NCBI GenBank assembly: GCA_965248835.1
Contig: CBDFLJ010000001.1
Location: 1,024,001 to 1,088,000 of the forward strand
Direction: 5' to 3'
Length of the DNA: 64,000 nucleotides
Origin: Alphaproteobacteria bacterium
GTDB lineage: Bacteria; Pseudomonadota; Alphaproteobacteria; MPNO01
Positions within the stretch are counted from its first letter, which is position 1. Each line of letters opens with the position of its first letter. Position numbers and translations under genes: made by a program. Under the pieces are notes generated by a model. The model did no database searches, was not told the DNA's origin, and worked only from the letters and a program-made list of their open reading frames with translations. Below, piece by piece: positions 22,597 to 33,172 of this stretch.

Positions 22597-23325
22597 GTGA
22601 ACGCAGCCGCACCCCGACGCATCCTCTACGGCCGGCGCAAGGGCCGCCGGTTGCGCGCCGCCCAGCGCGGCGTGCTCGAAGACGCCGTCCCGAGGCTGCG
22701 GATCACCCCCCCGCCGGGCGAGGTACCGCTCGACCCACCGGCTCTTTTCGACCGCCAGGTCGACCAGGTGTGGCTGGAAATCGGCTTCGGCGCGGGCGAG
22801 CACCTGCTGGCCCAGGCGGCAGCCAACCCCGACATCGGCTTCATCGGCTGCGAACCCTATCTCAACGGCGTGGTCCGTCTGGCCAGCGGCCTGGATGCGG
22901 CGCGGGCAGGCAGGGTAAGGGTATGGCAGGACGACGCGCGGCTGTTGCTGGAACGCCTGCCCGAGCGGTCCTTGTCCCGGGTCTTCGTGCTGTTCCCCGA
23001 CCCCTGGCCCAAGACCCGCCACCACAAACGCCGCATCATCTGTCCGGCGGTGCTGGGTCATCTCGCCCGGACGATGCGCGCCGACGCCGAGCTTCGTATC
23101 GCGACCGACGATCGAGGCTATCTGATATGGATCCTCGAACACCTTCAGCGCTGCGCCGACTTTGCCTGGACGGCCCGCGCGCCGGCGGATTGGCGCGACA
23201 GGCCGGACGACTGGCCGGCGACCCGATACGAGCGAAAGGCCGTCGCCGCAGGCCGGCACTGCATTTATTTGCGCTATCGCCGCATCGCGGCACCGGGCGC
23301 CGACCGGCTCCCAGAATCTCCTTGA
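22597..23325 (+). CDS. trmB: tRNA (guanine-N7)-methyltransferase
   Basis: LEIGFGAGEH, FPDPWPKTRHHKRR, ATD, TRYE. Confidence 0.96.
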   Translation: MNAAAPRRILYGRRKGRRLRAAQRGVLEDAVPRLRITPPPGEVPLDPPALFDRQVDQVWLEIGFGAGEHLLAQAAANPDIGFIGCEPYLNGVVRLASGLDAARAGRVRVWQDDARLLLERLPERSLSRVFVLFPDPWPKTRHHKRRIICPAVLGHLARTMRADAELRIATDDRGYLIWILEHLQRCADFAWTARAPADWRDRPDDWPATRYERKAVAAGRHCIYLRYRRIAAPGADRLPESP

Positions 23326-23385
23326 AAAACTGCCGCCGGGCGCTTAGGTTCGAACCGCGTTGGAACATCGACGTGGCACAAGAAG

Positions 23386-23413
23386 AAAGTGGGCCCGCCG
23401 CCCGCTTTTTTTT
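23386..23413 (+). terminator. terminator-like hairpin in the rimP-nusA leader (possible attenuator)
   Basis: AAAGTGGGC-CCGCC-GCCCGCTTT followed by a T run, about 25 nt before rimP. Confidence 0.7.
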
Positions 23414-23439
23414 GTTCCCGGCCGCGGCGCTGCCGGGCG

Positions 23440-23961
23440 ATGCTTATGGAACCGGGGCTTGGAGACGACTTGCTGGCGATTGAGGCGCTCGAACGGCTGG
23501 TGGAGCCGCCGCTGGACGGTCTGGGCTACGATCTGGTCCGGGTCCGGCTCGACGGTGGCGCCGCGCAGACCCTGCAGATCATGGCCGAGCGCAAGGACCG
23601 GGCCGAGATGAGGGTCGAGGACTGTGCCGAGATCTCGCGCGCGGTCTCCGCGCTGCTCGATGTGGAGGACCCGATCCCGGGAGCCTATACGTTGGAGGTT
23701 TCCTCGCCCGGCCTCGCCCGGCCGCTGGTCCGGCTGTCGGACTACGACAGGTTCAGCGGGCGTGAGGCGCGTGTGGAGACCTGGCAGCCGATCGAGGGCC
23801 GCAGGCGTTTCAAGGGCCGGCTTGCCGGCGTGCGCGGGCAGAGTGTGCTGATGATGTGCGAGGGCGTGGAGCGCGAGATACCGTTCGAGCGCGTCGCGCG
23901 TGGAAAACTGCTGCTGACCGATGCGCTGGTCGCCGCAGCGATGAAGGGGCAACACGGGTAG
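23440..23961 (+). CDS. rimP: ribosome maturation factor RimP
   Basis: TLQIMAER, VEDCAEISRAVSALLDVEDPI, YTLEVSSPG. Confidence 0.96.
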   Translation: MLMEPGLGDDLLAIEALERLVEPPLDGLGYDLVRVRLDGGAAQTLQIMAERKDRAEMRVEDCAEISRAVSALLDVEDPIPGAYTLEVSSPGLARPLVRLSDYDRFSGREARVETWQPIEGRRRFKGRLAGVRGQSVLMMCEGVEREIPFERVARGKLLLTDALVAAAMKGQHG

Positions 23962-23966
23962 TCGCA

Positions 23967-25577
23967 ATGAATATGGATGCTGTACCGTCCGCCGGGATCG
24001 ACCGGCTCGAGATCCTCCAGGTCGCCGATGCCGTCGCGCGAGAGAAACTGATCGAGCGCGACGAGGTGCTCGAGGCCATGGAGCAGGCGATTCAGAAGGC
24101 GGCGCGATCGAAATACGGCCAGGAGCACGACGTCAGGGCCCAGATCGACCGCAAGACCGGGGACATCAAGCTCGCCCGGTTCCTTGAGGTCGTCGAGGAG
24201 ATCGAGAACGAGATCACCCAACTCACCCTCGATCAGGCGCGGCGCAAGAAGCCCGATGCCGAGCTTGGCGAGTTCCTGGTCGACCCGTTGCCACCGATCG
24301 ACTTCGGCCGGATCGCCGCCCAGACCGCCAAACAGGTCATCGTTCAGCGGGTGCGCGATGCCGAGCGCCAGCAGCAGTTCGACGAGTACAAGGGCCGGGC
24401 CGGCGAGATCGTCAACGGCATCGTCAAGCGGGTCGAGTTCGGCAATCTGACCGTCGATCTCGGCCGCGCCGAGGCGGTGCTACGCCGCGACGAGATGATC
24501 CCGCGCGAGTCCTTCCGCGCCGGCGACAGGGTGCGCGCCTACATCTACGACGTGCGCCAGGAACCGCGCGGGCCGCAGATCTTCCTGTCGCGCACGCGAC
24601 CGGAGTTCATGGCCAAGCTGTTCGGCCAGGAGGTGCCGGAGATCTATGACCACATCATCGAGATCAAGGCGGTCGCCCGCGACCCGGGCAGCCGGGCCAA
24701 GATCGCGGTGCTGTCCAACGATTCCAGCATCGACCCGGTGGGCGCCTGCGTCGGCATGCGGGGCAGCCGCGTCCAGGCGGTCGTCGGCGAGCTGCAGGGC
24801 GAGAAGATCGACATCATCCAATGGAACCGCGATCCGGCGACGTTCATCGTCAACGCCCTGGCACCGGCCGAGGTCGCCAAGGTGGTCCTCGACGAGGAGC
24901 AGAGCCGGATCGAGGTCGTGGTGCCCGACGACCAGCTCAGCCTTGCGATCGGCCGGCGCGGCCAGAATGTGCGCCTGGCATCGCAGCTCACCCAGTGGGA
25001 GATCGCGATCCTCACCGAGGACGAGGAGTCCGAGCGACGGCAGGAGGAATTCCGCACCCGCTCGCAGATGTTCATCGATGCGCTGGACGTCGATGACGTG
25101 CTCGCCCATCTGATGGTCGCCGAAGGATTCTCCACGGTCGAGGAGGTCGCCTTCGTGCCGATGGTCGATCTGTTGAACATCGAGGGCTTCGACCAGGACC
25201 TGACCGATGAGCTGCGCGACCGCGCCCGCCAGTACCTGGTCGAGGAGGAGGAGCGCCAGACCAAGCGCCGCCACGAGCTGGGGGTCGCCGACGAACTGGC
25301 CGAGATTGCCGGGCTCAGCGCGGCGATGCTGGTCACCCTGGGCGAGGCGGGAATCAGGACGCGCGACGACTTCGCCGACCTGTCGGTCGATGAGGTGATC
25401 GATGTCGATGAAGGGGTCTTGCGCGGGTACGGGTTGAACGAGCCCGAGGCCAGCGATCTGATCATGGCCGCCCGCGCCCATTGGTTCGCGGACGACGAGG
25501 CGCCGCCGGCCGAAGCGGTCGAGGATGGCGCGCAGGCCGAGACCGCGGCCGCATCCACCACCGATCCCATGGCCTGA
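23967..25577 (+). CDS. nusA: transcription termination/antitermination factor NusA
   Basis: FGRIAAQTAKQVI, S1 and KH domains (ARDPGSRAKIAV, AIGRRGQNVRLA), acidic repeats. Confidence 0.98.
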   Translation: MNMDAVPSAGIDRLEILQVADAVAREKLIERDEVLEAMEQAIQKAARSKYGQEHDVRAQIDRKTGDIKLARFLEVVEEIENEITQLTLDQARRKKPDAELGEFLVDPLPPIDFGRIAAQTAKQVIVQRVRDAERQQQFDEYKGRAGEIVNGIVKRVEFGNLTVDLGRAEAVLRRDEMIPRESFRAGDRVRAYIYDVRQEPRGPQIFLSRTRPEFMAKLFGQEVPEIYDHIIEIKAVARDPGSRAKIAVLSNDSSIDPVGACVGMRGSRVQAVVGELQGEKIDIIQWNRDPATFIVNALAPAEVAKVVLDEEQSRIEVVVPDDQLSLAIGRRGQNVRLASQLTQWEIAILTEDEESERRQEEFRTRSQMFIDALDVDDVLAHLMVAEGFSTVEEVAFVPMVDLLNIEGFDQDLTDELRDRARQYLVEEEERQTKRRHELGVADELAEIAGLSAAMLVTLGEAGIRTRDDFADLSVDEVIDVDEGVLRGYGLNEPEASDLIMAARAHWFADDEAPPAEAVEDGAQAETAAASTTDPMA

Positions 25578-25604
25578 CGCCGGCCGGGTCGGGAGCAGGA
25601 TTAG

Positions 25605-26207
25605 GTGCAGGAACTGGACGTGACCGAGCCCGCGAAATCGCCTCAGCGGCGGTGCCTGGTCACCCGCCGGAGCCTGCCGCGCGAGGCCATGGTGCGGTTC
25701 GTGCCGGGCCCCGACGGGGTGATCGTTCCCGATGTCGCCGCGCGCCTGCCCGGTCGCGGATTGTGGCTGCAATCACGCCGCGATATAGTCGAGCGCGCGG
25801 CGGCGGCGAATGCGTTCGCCAAGGCGGCGCGGCGCGATGTCGGGGTGCCCGAGGCGCTCGCCGACCAGGTCGAGCGGCTGCTGGCGGCGCGATGCGTCGA
25901 TCTCATCGGCCTCGCGCGCCGTGCGGGTCAGGCGTTGTCGGGTTTCGATACGGTACGACGTGCGTTGCAACGGGGCTGGGCGGCGTTGCTGGTCGTGGCC
26001 TCGGACGGGTCGCCGCGCGAGCGCAGCCGGATGCCGGCGGCAAACGCGCCAGGTCCGATCGTCGATGTCTTGAGTGCGGCGGAGCTCGGCGGGGTCTTCG
26101 GGCGCCCGCGGGTCGTTTACGCCGCGTTCTGCCACTGCCGGCTCGCAGGTCAATTTCGCCTCGAAGCCGCGCGGTTGGCGGGGTTTCGCTGTGCGCAGAA
26201 GAGTTGA
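25605..26207 (+). CDS. YlxR/DUF448 RNA-binding protein with L7Ae-like C-terminus
   Basis: RRCLVTR, RFVPGPDG, LPGRGLWL, GLARRAG; between nusA and infB. Confidence 0.9.
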   Translation: MQELDVTEPAKSPQRRCLVTRRSLPREAMVRFVPGPDGVIVPDVAARLPGRGLWLQSRRDIVERAAAANAFAKAARRDVGVPEALADQVERLLAARCVDLIGLARRAGQALSGFDTVRRALQRGWAALLVVASDGSPRERSRMPAANAPGPIVDVLSAAELGGVFGRPRVVYAAFCHCRLAGQFRLEAARLAGFRCAQKS

Positions 26208-26213
26208 ACGGAC

Positions 26214-28826
26214 ATGAACGAACAGAAAGAAGAAACAACACCGAAGAAGAGGCTCGTCCTGTCGCGGCCCGGCCGGCTGGAGCTCAAGAAGACAGTCGAC
26301 GGCGGCCAGGTCCGGCAGAGCTTCTCGCACGGCCGGACCAAGTCGGTCGCCGTCGAGGTGCGCCGCAAGCGGACCTATACCCAGGCCGCCGACGGCGCGA
26401 TGACCGAAGTGAACGCTGCCCAGGAGGCGGCTGCCGAGGCGCTCAAGGTCGCCGGGAGCGAAGCTGCGGTCGACGCGCTGGTTGAAGACGAAAAGCGTAC
26501 ACCGCCGCGCGAGCTCACCGAGGGCGAGAAGGCCGCGCGGGCACGGGCGCTGTCGGGCTTGAAGCACCAGGAAGCCGAGGACGATGCGCGGCGCGAGGTC
26601 GAGGAGGAGCGCGCCCGCGCCGAGGCGGAAACTGCGCGGCTCGCCGAGGAACAGCACCGTCGCACCGAAGTGGAAGAGGAAGCCAAGAGGCGGGAATCGG
26701 GCGATGCCGCGGAGTCTGCCGCAGCGCCGCCGGCCGAGCCCGAGGGTCTCGTGCAGGACCACCAGGCGATCGCCGAGGCGCAGGCCGCGAAGCCCGAGAC
26801 CGGAAGCCAGCCTGCGGCCCGGGCGGGCGAGCCTGCGACTCCGTCGGAAGCCGACGAGGACGGCGAGCGCGGCCGCGGCCGCAGGACCGGACGAGTCGAG
26901 CCGCGCCGGCCGCCGGCGAAACGGGGTGAGCCCAAGCGCCGCGCCGGCCGGCTTACCATCGCCCAGGCGCTCAACGAGGAGGAGCGCGTGCGCAGCCTCG
27001 CCTCGTTGCGGCGGCTGCGCGAGCGCGAGAAGCGCGCCCAGCGCAATTTGGGCGAGCCGGCCGCCAAGATCGTTCGCGACGTCGTGCTGCCCGAGACGAT
27101 CACCGTCCAGGATCTCGCAAACCGGATGGCTCAGCGCAGCGCCGATGTCATCAAGGCGCTGACGAAGCTCAACGTGATGGCAACCATCAATCAGGCGGTC
27201 GATGCGGACACCGCCGAACTCGTCGTCGCCGAGTTCGGGCACAAGGCCAAGCGGGTCAGCGATGCCGACGTGGAGATCGGCCTCATGGGCGAAGAAGATC
27301 CAGACACCGACAAGCTTCCGCGCCCGCCGGTGGTCACCGTGATGGGCCACGTCGATCACGGCAAGACCTCGCTGCTGGATGCGATCCGCAACACATCGGT
27401 GGTCTCCGGCGAGGCCGGCGGCATCACCCAGCATATCGGCGCCTATCAGGTCCACCTGGACCGCGGCGAGCCGATCACCTTCATCGACACCCCGGGCCAT
27501 GCGGCCTTCACCGCCATGCGGGCCCGCGGCGCCAACGCCACCGACATCGTGGTCCTGGTGGTGGCCGCCGATGACGGCGTGATGCCGCAGACGATCGAGG
27601 CGATCGACCACGCCAAGGCAGCCGGCGTGCCGATCATTGTCGCGGTCAACAAGATCGACCGGCCCAACGCCGATCCCACGAGGGTGCGCAACGAGCTGCT
27701 CCAGCACGAGCTGGTGGTCGAGGAGTTCGGCGGCGAAGTGCTGTCGGTCGAAGTCTCGGCGACCGAAGGGACCAACCTGGACAAGTTGCTGGAGACGATC
27801 CTGCTGCAGGCGGAGCTCCTGGAGCTCAAGGCCAACCCGAACCGCTCAGCGGAGGGCGTGATCGTGGAGTCCAGGCTTGAGCGCGGGCGCGGACCGGTGA
27901 CCACCCTGCTGGTCCAGCGCGGTACGCTGCGCGCCGGCGAAATCGTCGTCGCCGGCCAGGAATGGGGCCGGATACGGGCGATCTTCGATGACACCGGCGG
28001 GCAGATCGACAACGCCGGACCGGCGCGGCCGGTCGAGATCCTGGGGCTCGGCGGCACGCCGAACGCGGGCGAGGCGTTCGGCGTCGTCGAGAACGAGGCC
28101 CGCGCGCGCGAGATCACCGAGTTCCGCGCCCGCCGCGAGCGCGAGTCCAGGGTGAAGATGGCCAGCCGCGGTACCATGGAGCAGATCTTCGAGAGCTTCG
28201 GCAAGGAAGAGACCAAAGAGTTCGCCATCGTCATCAAGGCGGACGTGCAGGGGTCGGTCGAAGCGATCAGGGCGGCCGCCGAGAAGCTTTCCAACGAGGA
28301 GGTCGCGGTCCGCATCCTTCATGCCGGCGTCGGCGGGATCAACGAATCCGACATCACGCTGGCCAAGGCCTCGAACGCCATCGTCTTAGGCTTCAATGTC
28401 CGCGCCAATCCGCAGGCCCGCGCGATGGCCGATCAGGACCATGTCGAGGTGCGCTACTACGCCGTGATCTACGACGTGCTCGACGACATCAAGGCGGTTT
28501 TGAGCGGGATGCTGTCGCCGATCAAGCGCGAGCACTTCTTGGGCAACGCGGAGATCCTCCAGGTCTTCAACATCTCCAAGCTCGGCCGCGTCGCCGGGTG
28601 CCGGGTGAGCGAGGGGCTGGTGCGCCGGGGCGCGCGGGTGCGCCTGCTGCGCGACAACGTGGTGATCCACGAGGGCACGCTGTCGACGCTGCGCCGGTTC
28701 AAGGACGAGGTGCGCGAGGTCCGCGACGGGCTGGAATGCGGCATGGGGTTCGAACACTACCAGGATCTCAAGGAGCACGACGTCATCGAGTGCTTCGAGG
28801 TCGAGGAGGTCGCCCGAACGCTGTAA
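26214..28826 (+). CDS. infB: translation initiation factor IF-2
   Basis: [32 protein letters not shown]. Confidence 0.99.
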   Translation: MNEQKEETTPKKRLVLSRPGRLELKKTVDGGQVRQSFSHGRTKSVAVEVRRKRTYTQAADGAMTEVNAAQEAAAEALKVAGSEAAVDALVEDEKRTPPRELTEGEKAARARALSGLKHQEAEDDARREVEEERARAEAETARLAEEQHRRTEVEEEAKRRESGDAAESAAAPPAEPEGLVQDHQAIAEAQAAKPETGSQPAARAGEPATPSEADEDGERGRGRRTGRVEPRRPPAKRGEPKRRAGRLTIAQALNEEERVRSLASLRRLREREKRAQRNLGEPAAKIVRDVVLPETITVQDLANRMAQRSADVIKALTKLNVMATINQAVDADTAELVVAEFGHKAKRVSDADVEIGLMGEEDPDTDKLPRPPVVTVMGHVDHGKTSLLDAIRNTSVVSGEAGGITQHIGAYQVHLDRGEPITFIDTPGHAAFTAMRARGANATDIVVLVVAADDGVMPQTIEAIDHAKAAGVPIIVAVNKIDRPNADPTRVRNELLQHELVVEEFGGEVLSVEVSATEGTNLDKLLETILLQAELLELKANPNRSAEGVIVESRLERGRGPVTTLLVQRGTLRAGEIVVAGQEWGRIRAIFDDTGGQIDNAGPARPVEILGLGGTPNAGEAFGVVENEARAREITEFRARRERESRVKMASRGTMEQIFESFGKEETKEFAIVIKADVQGSVEAIRAAAEKLSNEEVAVRILHAGVGGINESDITLAKASNAIVLGFNVRANPQARAMADQDHVEVRYYAVIYDVLDDIKAVLSGMLSPIKREHFLGNAEILQVFNISKLGRVAGCRVSEGLVRRGARVRLLRDNVVIHEGTLSTLRRFKDEVREVRDGLECGMGFEHYQDLKEHDVIECFEVEEVARTL

Positions 28827-28866
28827 GGCGGTCGGGCGCCGGCCGGTTGCGGCAGGGTATCGGGGC

Positions 28867-29301
28867 ATGAAAGCGCGCAAGCCGTCCGGGCCGGGCCGGT
28901 CGGGAGAGGCTCGCGGCCCTTCGCAGCGCCAACTCCGCGTCGGCGAGTCCATGCGCCACGTCCTGTCTTCCATCCTCGAGCGCGATGCTTTTCACGATCC
29001 GGACCTCGCCGGGGTCTCGATCACGGTAACCGAGGTGGCGATGTCACCCGACCTGCGGATCGCGACGGCCCACGTGATGCCACTCGGCGGCGAGGACGGC
29101 GGGCGCATCGTTGAAGCGCTCAACCGCGCGTCGCCGGCCGTCCGCCGGCTGCTGGCGCCGACGAACACGCTGCGGTTCCTGCCCGCGGTGCGGTTTGCGC
29201 TCGATACGACCTTCGACCAGGCCGAACGGATCGAGGCGCTGCTCGCCAGGGCGCGGGCCGGGCGCCCGACCTCTGGCCCGGACGGCACCGATGGCCCGTA
29301 G
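28867..29301 (+). CDS. rbfA: ribosome-binding factor A
   Basis: SQRQLRVGE, ITVTEVAMSPDLRIA, RFLPAVRFALD. Confidence 0.96.
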   Translation: MKARKPSGPGRSGEARGPSQRQLRVGESMRHVLSSILERDAFHDPDLAGVSITVTEVAMSPDLRIATAHVMPLGGEDGGRIVEALNRASPAVRRLLAPTNTLRFLPAVRFALDTTFDQAERIEALLARARAGRPTSGPDGTDGP

Positions 29302-30220
29302 GCGCGGGGGCCGGCCGATCCACGGCTGGGTGGTCATCGACAAGCCCGCCGGCATGTCCTCGGCCCGGGTCGTCGCCAGGGTCCGCGGCCTGACCGAGGC
29401 GGCAAAGGCCGGCCATGCCGGGACGCTCGATCCACTGGCCACCGGCGTCCTGCCGATCGCGCTCGGCGAGGCAACCAAGACCGTGGCCTGGGTGATCGAC
29501 GGCCGCAAGCGCTATCGCTTCACCATCCGCTGGGGCGAGGCGCGCGATACCGACGACGCCGAGGGCGCGGTGATCGCGACCAGCGACCTGCGGCCCGGCG
29601 CCGCGGCGATCACCGCGGCGTTGCCCGCTTTCCGCGGCACCGTCGTCCAGCGTCCGCCGCGCTATTCCGCGATCAAGCTCGCGGGCCAACGGTCCTACGC
29701 GTTGGCCCGCGCGAAGGCCGACGCCGAACCGCCGCCGCGCGCGGTCGAGGTCGATGCGCTGGATCTGGTCGCGGTCATCGACGCGGACCACGCGGTCTTC
29801 GAGATGCGCTGCGGCAAGGGCACCTATGTCAGAAGCATCGCCCGCGACCTCGCCCGGGCTCTGGGCGGGGTGGGCCATGTCGCGGAACTCAGGCGCCTGG
29901 CGGTCGGCCGCTTTTCCGCCGAGGCCGCGATTTCGCTAGATAAACTCGAAGCGCTCGTGCATATTGCGCCGCCGCAGGATTACCTGCTGCCGATCGAGAC
30001 GGCGCTGGACGACATCCCGGCGCTCGCCCTGTCGGAGACGCAGGCCTCCTTGCTCAGGCATGGACGACCGGTACGGATCGAGGCCGCAGGCCGCAGGTCC
30101 GTCGCTGCCGAGGGGCTCGGCGAAGGCGCGATCGTCTTCGTGCTCGCCGGCGGCAGGCCGGTCGCGCTGGCGCGCATCGAGCGTGGCGAGATCCGCCCGA
30201 CGCGCGTGCTCAACCTTTGA
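29291..30220 (+). CDS. truB: tRNA pseudouridine(55) synthase
   Basis: [37 protein letters not shown]. Confidence 0.97.
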   Translation: MARRRGGRPIHGWVVIDKPAGMSSARVVARVRGLTEAAKAGHAGTLDPLATGVLPIALGEATKTVAWVIDGRKRYRFTIRWGEARDTDDAEGAVIATSDLRPGAAAITAALPAFRGTVVQRPPRYSAIKLAGQRSYALARAKADAEPPPRAVEVDALDLVAVIDADHAVFEMRCGKGTYVRSIARDLARALGGVGHVAELRRLAVGRFSAEAAISLDKLEALVHIAPPQDYLLPIETALDDIPALALSETQASLLRHGRPVRIEAAGRRSVAAEGLGEGAIVFVLAGGRPVALARIERGEIRPTRVLNL

Positions 30221-30234
30221 AGTCGGAGTCTACG

Positions 30235-30504
30235 ATGTCGATCACTTCCGCTCGCAAGGCCGAGCTCGTTACCGAATACGCAACCGCTCCCGCCGATACC
30301 GGCTCGCCCGAGGTCCAGGTCGCGATCCTGTCCGAGAGGATCCGGAACCTCACCGAGCACCTGAAGGAGCACAAGAAGGATTCCCATTCCCGCCGCGGGC
30401 TTTTGATGATGGTCGGCCAGCGGCGGCGGCTGCTCGATTATCTCAAGCGCAAAGACCAGCCCCGCTACACCGCGCTCATCGGGCGGCTCGGACTCAGGCG
30501 CTGA
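30235..30504 (+). CDS. rpsO: 30S ribosomal protein S15
   Basis: [35 protein letters not shown]. Confidence 0.99.
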   Translation: MSITSARKAELVTEYATAPADTGSPEVQVAILSERIRNLTEHLKEHKKDSHSRRGLLMMVGQRRRLLDYLKRKDQPRYTALIGRLGLRR

Positions 30505-30680
30505 GCCCGAGGCCGCCGCCCGGTAGGGCGCCTTGCCGGTCCAACCGGACGCGAAGCCGGCCCGTGCCCATATCGGCGCGCGGCGCGCTTGCCCCCGCAA
30601 TTTCGCTTTTGTCGACTTTCATCGGTTTGACGTACGGTCCGCCGCATAGGGCGGCGGGCTCTTGAGGGAAGGATACTGAA

Positions 30681-32819
30681 ATGTTTACCACGCACCGGAA
30701 GGAACTGACCTGGGGCGGCCGCAAGCTGGTCATGGAGACCGGCAAGATCGCCCGCCAGGCCGACGGCGCGGTGCTCGTCACCTATGGCGAGACCACGGTC
30801 CTGTGCACCGCCGTCGCGCAGAAGGAGGCCAAGCTAGGCATCGACTTCTTTCCGCTGACGGTCAATTACCAGGAGAAGGCGTTCGCAGCCGGGCGCATTC
30901 CCGGCGGGTTCTTCAAGCGCGAGGGAAGGCCCTCGGAGAAGGAGACCCTGACCTCGCGGCTGATCGACCGGCCGATCCGTCCGCTGTTCGCCGAGGGGTT
31001 CCGCAACGAGACGCAGGTCATCTGCACCGTGCTGAGCCACGATCTGGAGAATGATCCCGACATCGTCTCGATGATCGGCGCATCGGCCGCGCTGACGATC
31101 TCGGGCATTCCGTTTCTCGGCCCGATCGGCGGCGCCCGCGTCGGCATGATCGAAGGCGAGTTCGTGCTCAACCCGACGCCCGCCCAGCTCGAGGACTCCA
31201 GGCTCGACATGGTGGTCGCCGGGACCGCGGATGCCGTCCTGATGGTCGAGTCCGAAGCCCAGGCGCTGAGCGAGGAGGAGATGCTGGGCGCGGTGATGTT
31301 CGCCCACCAGGAATCCCAGCCGGTGATCGACGCGATCATCGCGCTCGCCGAAGAGTGCGCCAAGGACCCCTGGGACGTTGCGCCGCCCGATCCGGCGATG
31401 GTCGATGTTGCCGACCGCGTCCGCGCGCTGGCCGAGACCGGCCTGCGCGAGGCCTATGCCGAACAGGTCAAGCAGGCCCGCGTCGAGAAGATCGCCGCTG
31501 CCAAGGCCCAGGCCCGGGAGGCGCTCGCGGAGGACGGCAACGGCGACGCGGTCGCCGGCGCGCTCAAGGGCCTGGAAAAGGACATCGTGCGCCATGCCAT
31601 CCTCGATACCGGCATCCGCATCGACGGCCGCGATACCAGGACCGTCCGGCCGATCGAGGCGGAGGTCGGCATGTTGCCGCGCTCGCACGGCAGTGCGCTG
31701 TTCACCCGCGGCGAGACCCAGGCTGTGGTGGTGGCCACGCTGGGGACCGGACAGGACGAGCAGATCATCGATGCCTTGGAGGGCGAATACCGCGAGCATT
31801 TCCTGCTGCACTACAACTTCCCGCCCTATTCGGTCGGCGAGGCGAGCTTTCTGCGCTCGCCCGGACGGCGCGAGATCGGCCACGGCAAGCTCGCCTGGCG
31901 GGCGATCCGCGCGGTGATGCCGACCAAGGACGCGTTCCCCTATACCCTGCGGGTGGTCTCGGAGATCACCGAGTCCAACGGCTCGTCTTCGATGGCCACG
32001 GTCTGCGGCGCTTCGCTGGCGCTGATGGATGCGGGCGTCCCGCTCAGCGATCCGGTGGCCGGCATCGCCATGGGGCTGATCAAGGAGCAGGACCGGTTTG
32101 CCGTCCTGTCCGACATCCTGGGCGACGAGGACCATCTGGGCGACATGGACTTCAAGGTCGCCGGCACGAGGAACGGGGTGACCGCGCTGCAGATGGACAT
32201 CAAGATCACCGGCATCACAGAGGAGATCATGCGGATCGCGCTGAGCCAGGCGCGCGAAGGCCGGATGTCCATCCTCGACCACATGGACCGGGCGCTGTCC
32301 GCCGCACGCGAGGGGATCAGCGACTACGCGCCGCGGATCACCACATTCACGATTCCCAAGGACAAGATCCGCGAGGTCATCGGCACCGGCGGCAAGGTGA
32401 TCCGCGAGATCTGCGAGGTGACCGGTGCCAAGATCGACATCGAGGACGATGGGACGATCAAGGTCGCCGCAGTTGATTCCGAGGCCGGCACCAGGGCGAT
32501 CGACTGGATCAAGGACATCGTCGCCGAGCCGGAGGTCGGCGCGATCTATTCCGGCAAGGTGGTCAAGGTGGTCGATTTCGGCGCCTTCGTGAACTTCCTG
32601 GGCTCACGCGACGGGCTGGTGCATATCTCCGAACTCGCCCCGCGCCGCGTCGGCAAGGTCACCGACGTCGTCAACGAGGGCGACGAGGTCAAGGTCAAGG
32701 TGCTGGGCATCGACGACCGCGGCAAGGTGCGGCTCAGCCGCAAGGCGGTCGATCAGCAGACCGGCGCGGATCTGTCGGAGGAGCCCCGGCAGGCGGAGGC
32801 CGTAACGAGCGAGGCTTGA
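30681..32819 (+). CDS. pnp: polyribonucleotide nucleotidyltransferase
   Basis: [37 protein letters not shown] and S1 domains. Confidence 0.99.
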   Translation: MFTTHRKELTWGGRKLVMETGKIARQADGAVLVTYGETTVLCTAVAQKEAKLGIDFFPLTVNYQEKAFAAGRIPGGFFKREGRPSEKETLTSRLIDRPIRPLFAEGFRNETQVICTVLSHDLENDPDIVSMIGASAALTISGIPFLGPIGGARVGMIEGEFVLNPTPAQLEDSRLDMVVAGTADAVLMVESEAQALSEEEMLGAVMFAHQESQPVIDAIIALAEECAKDPWDVAPPDPAMVDVADRVRALAETGLREAYAEQVKQARVEKIAAAKAQAREALAEDGNGDAVAGALKGLEKDIVRHAILDTGIRIDGRDTRTVRPIEAEVGMLPRSHGSALFTRGETQAVVVATLGTGQDEQIIDALEGEYREHFLLHYNFPPYSVGEASFLRSPGRREIGHGKLAWRAIRAVMPTKDAFPYTLRVVSEITESNGSSSMATVCGASLALMDAGVPLSDPVAGIAMGLIKEQDRFAVLSDILGDEDHLGDMDFKVAGTRNGVTALQMDIKITGITEEIMRIALSQAREGRMSILDHMDRALSAAREGISDYAPRITTFTIPKDKIREVIGTGGKVIREICEVTGAKIDIEDDGTIKVAAVDSEAGTRAIDWIKDIVAEPEVGAIYSGKVVKVVDFGAFVNFLGSRDGLVHISELAPRRVGKVTDVVNEGDEVKVKVLGIDDRGKVRLSRKAVDQQTGADLSEEPRQAEAVTSEA

Positions 32820-32871
32820 CCGCACAGCCTGGCTTGGTTCCAGGAAGCGGCGGCGCCCTTGGCAAGCGAAA

Positions 32872-32894
32872 GGGCGGGGTCGTTCACCCCGCCC
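32872..32894. terminator. GC-rich hairpin downstream of pnp
   Basis: GGGCGGGGT-CGTTC-ACCCCGCCC perfect 9-bp stem; weak U tail. Confidence 0.5.
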
Positions 32895-33172
32895 TGACTT
32901 CGCGATGATGTAATTTTTTCCGAAGCTCGCGTCCCGATTCGAGAAGTTTTTGCCAAATGTGATGATTCAGAGTCGATTCGATGGACTTGGTTTACCCGAC
33001 GCGCCACGGCGGTTCCGGTCCCGGCCTGCGCGGTATCGACCGGGCCGGGGCCGGGCATTGCGGCGGGCGCCGCGCCTATGGGGGGCTGGTCGTTTGTCAA
33101 TCGGTTGATATATAGGGTTAATAGAGTCGCGCCCGTAACCTGCAACGGCCCGACAGAAACGGGAGAATTCAC

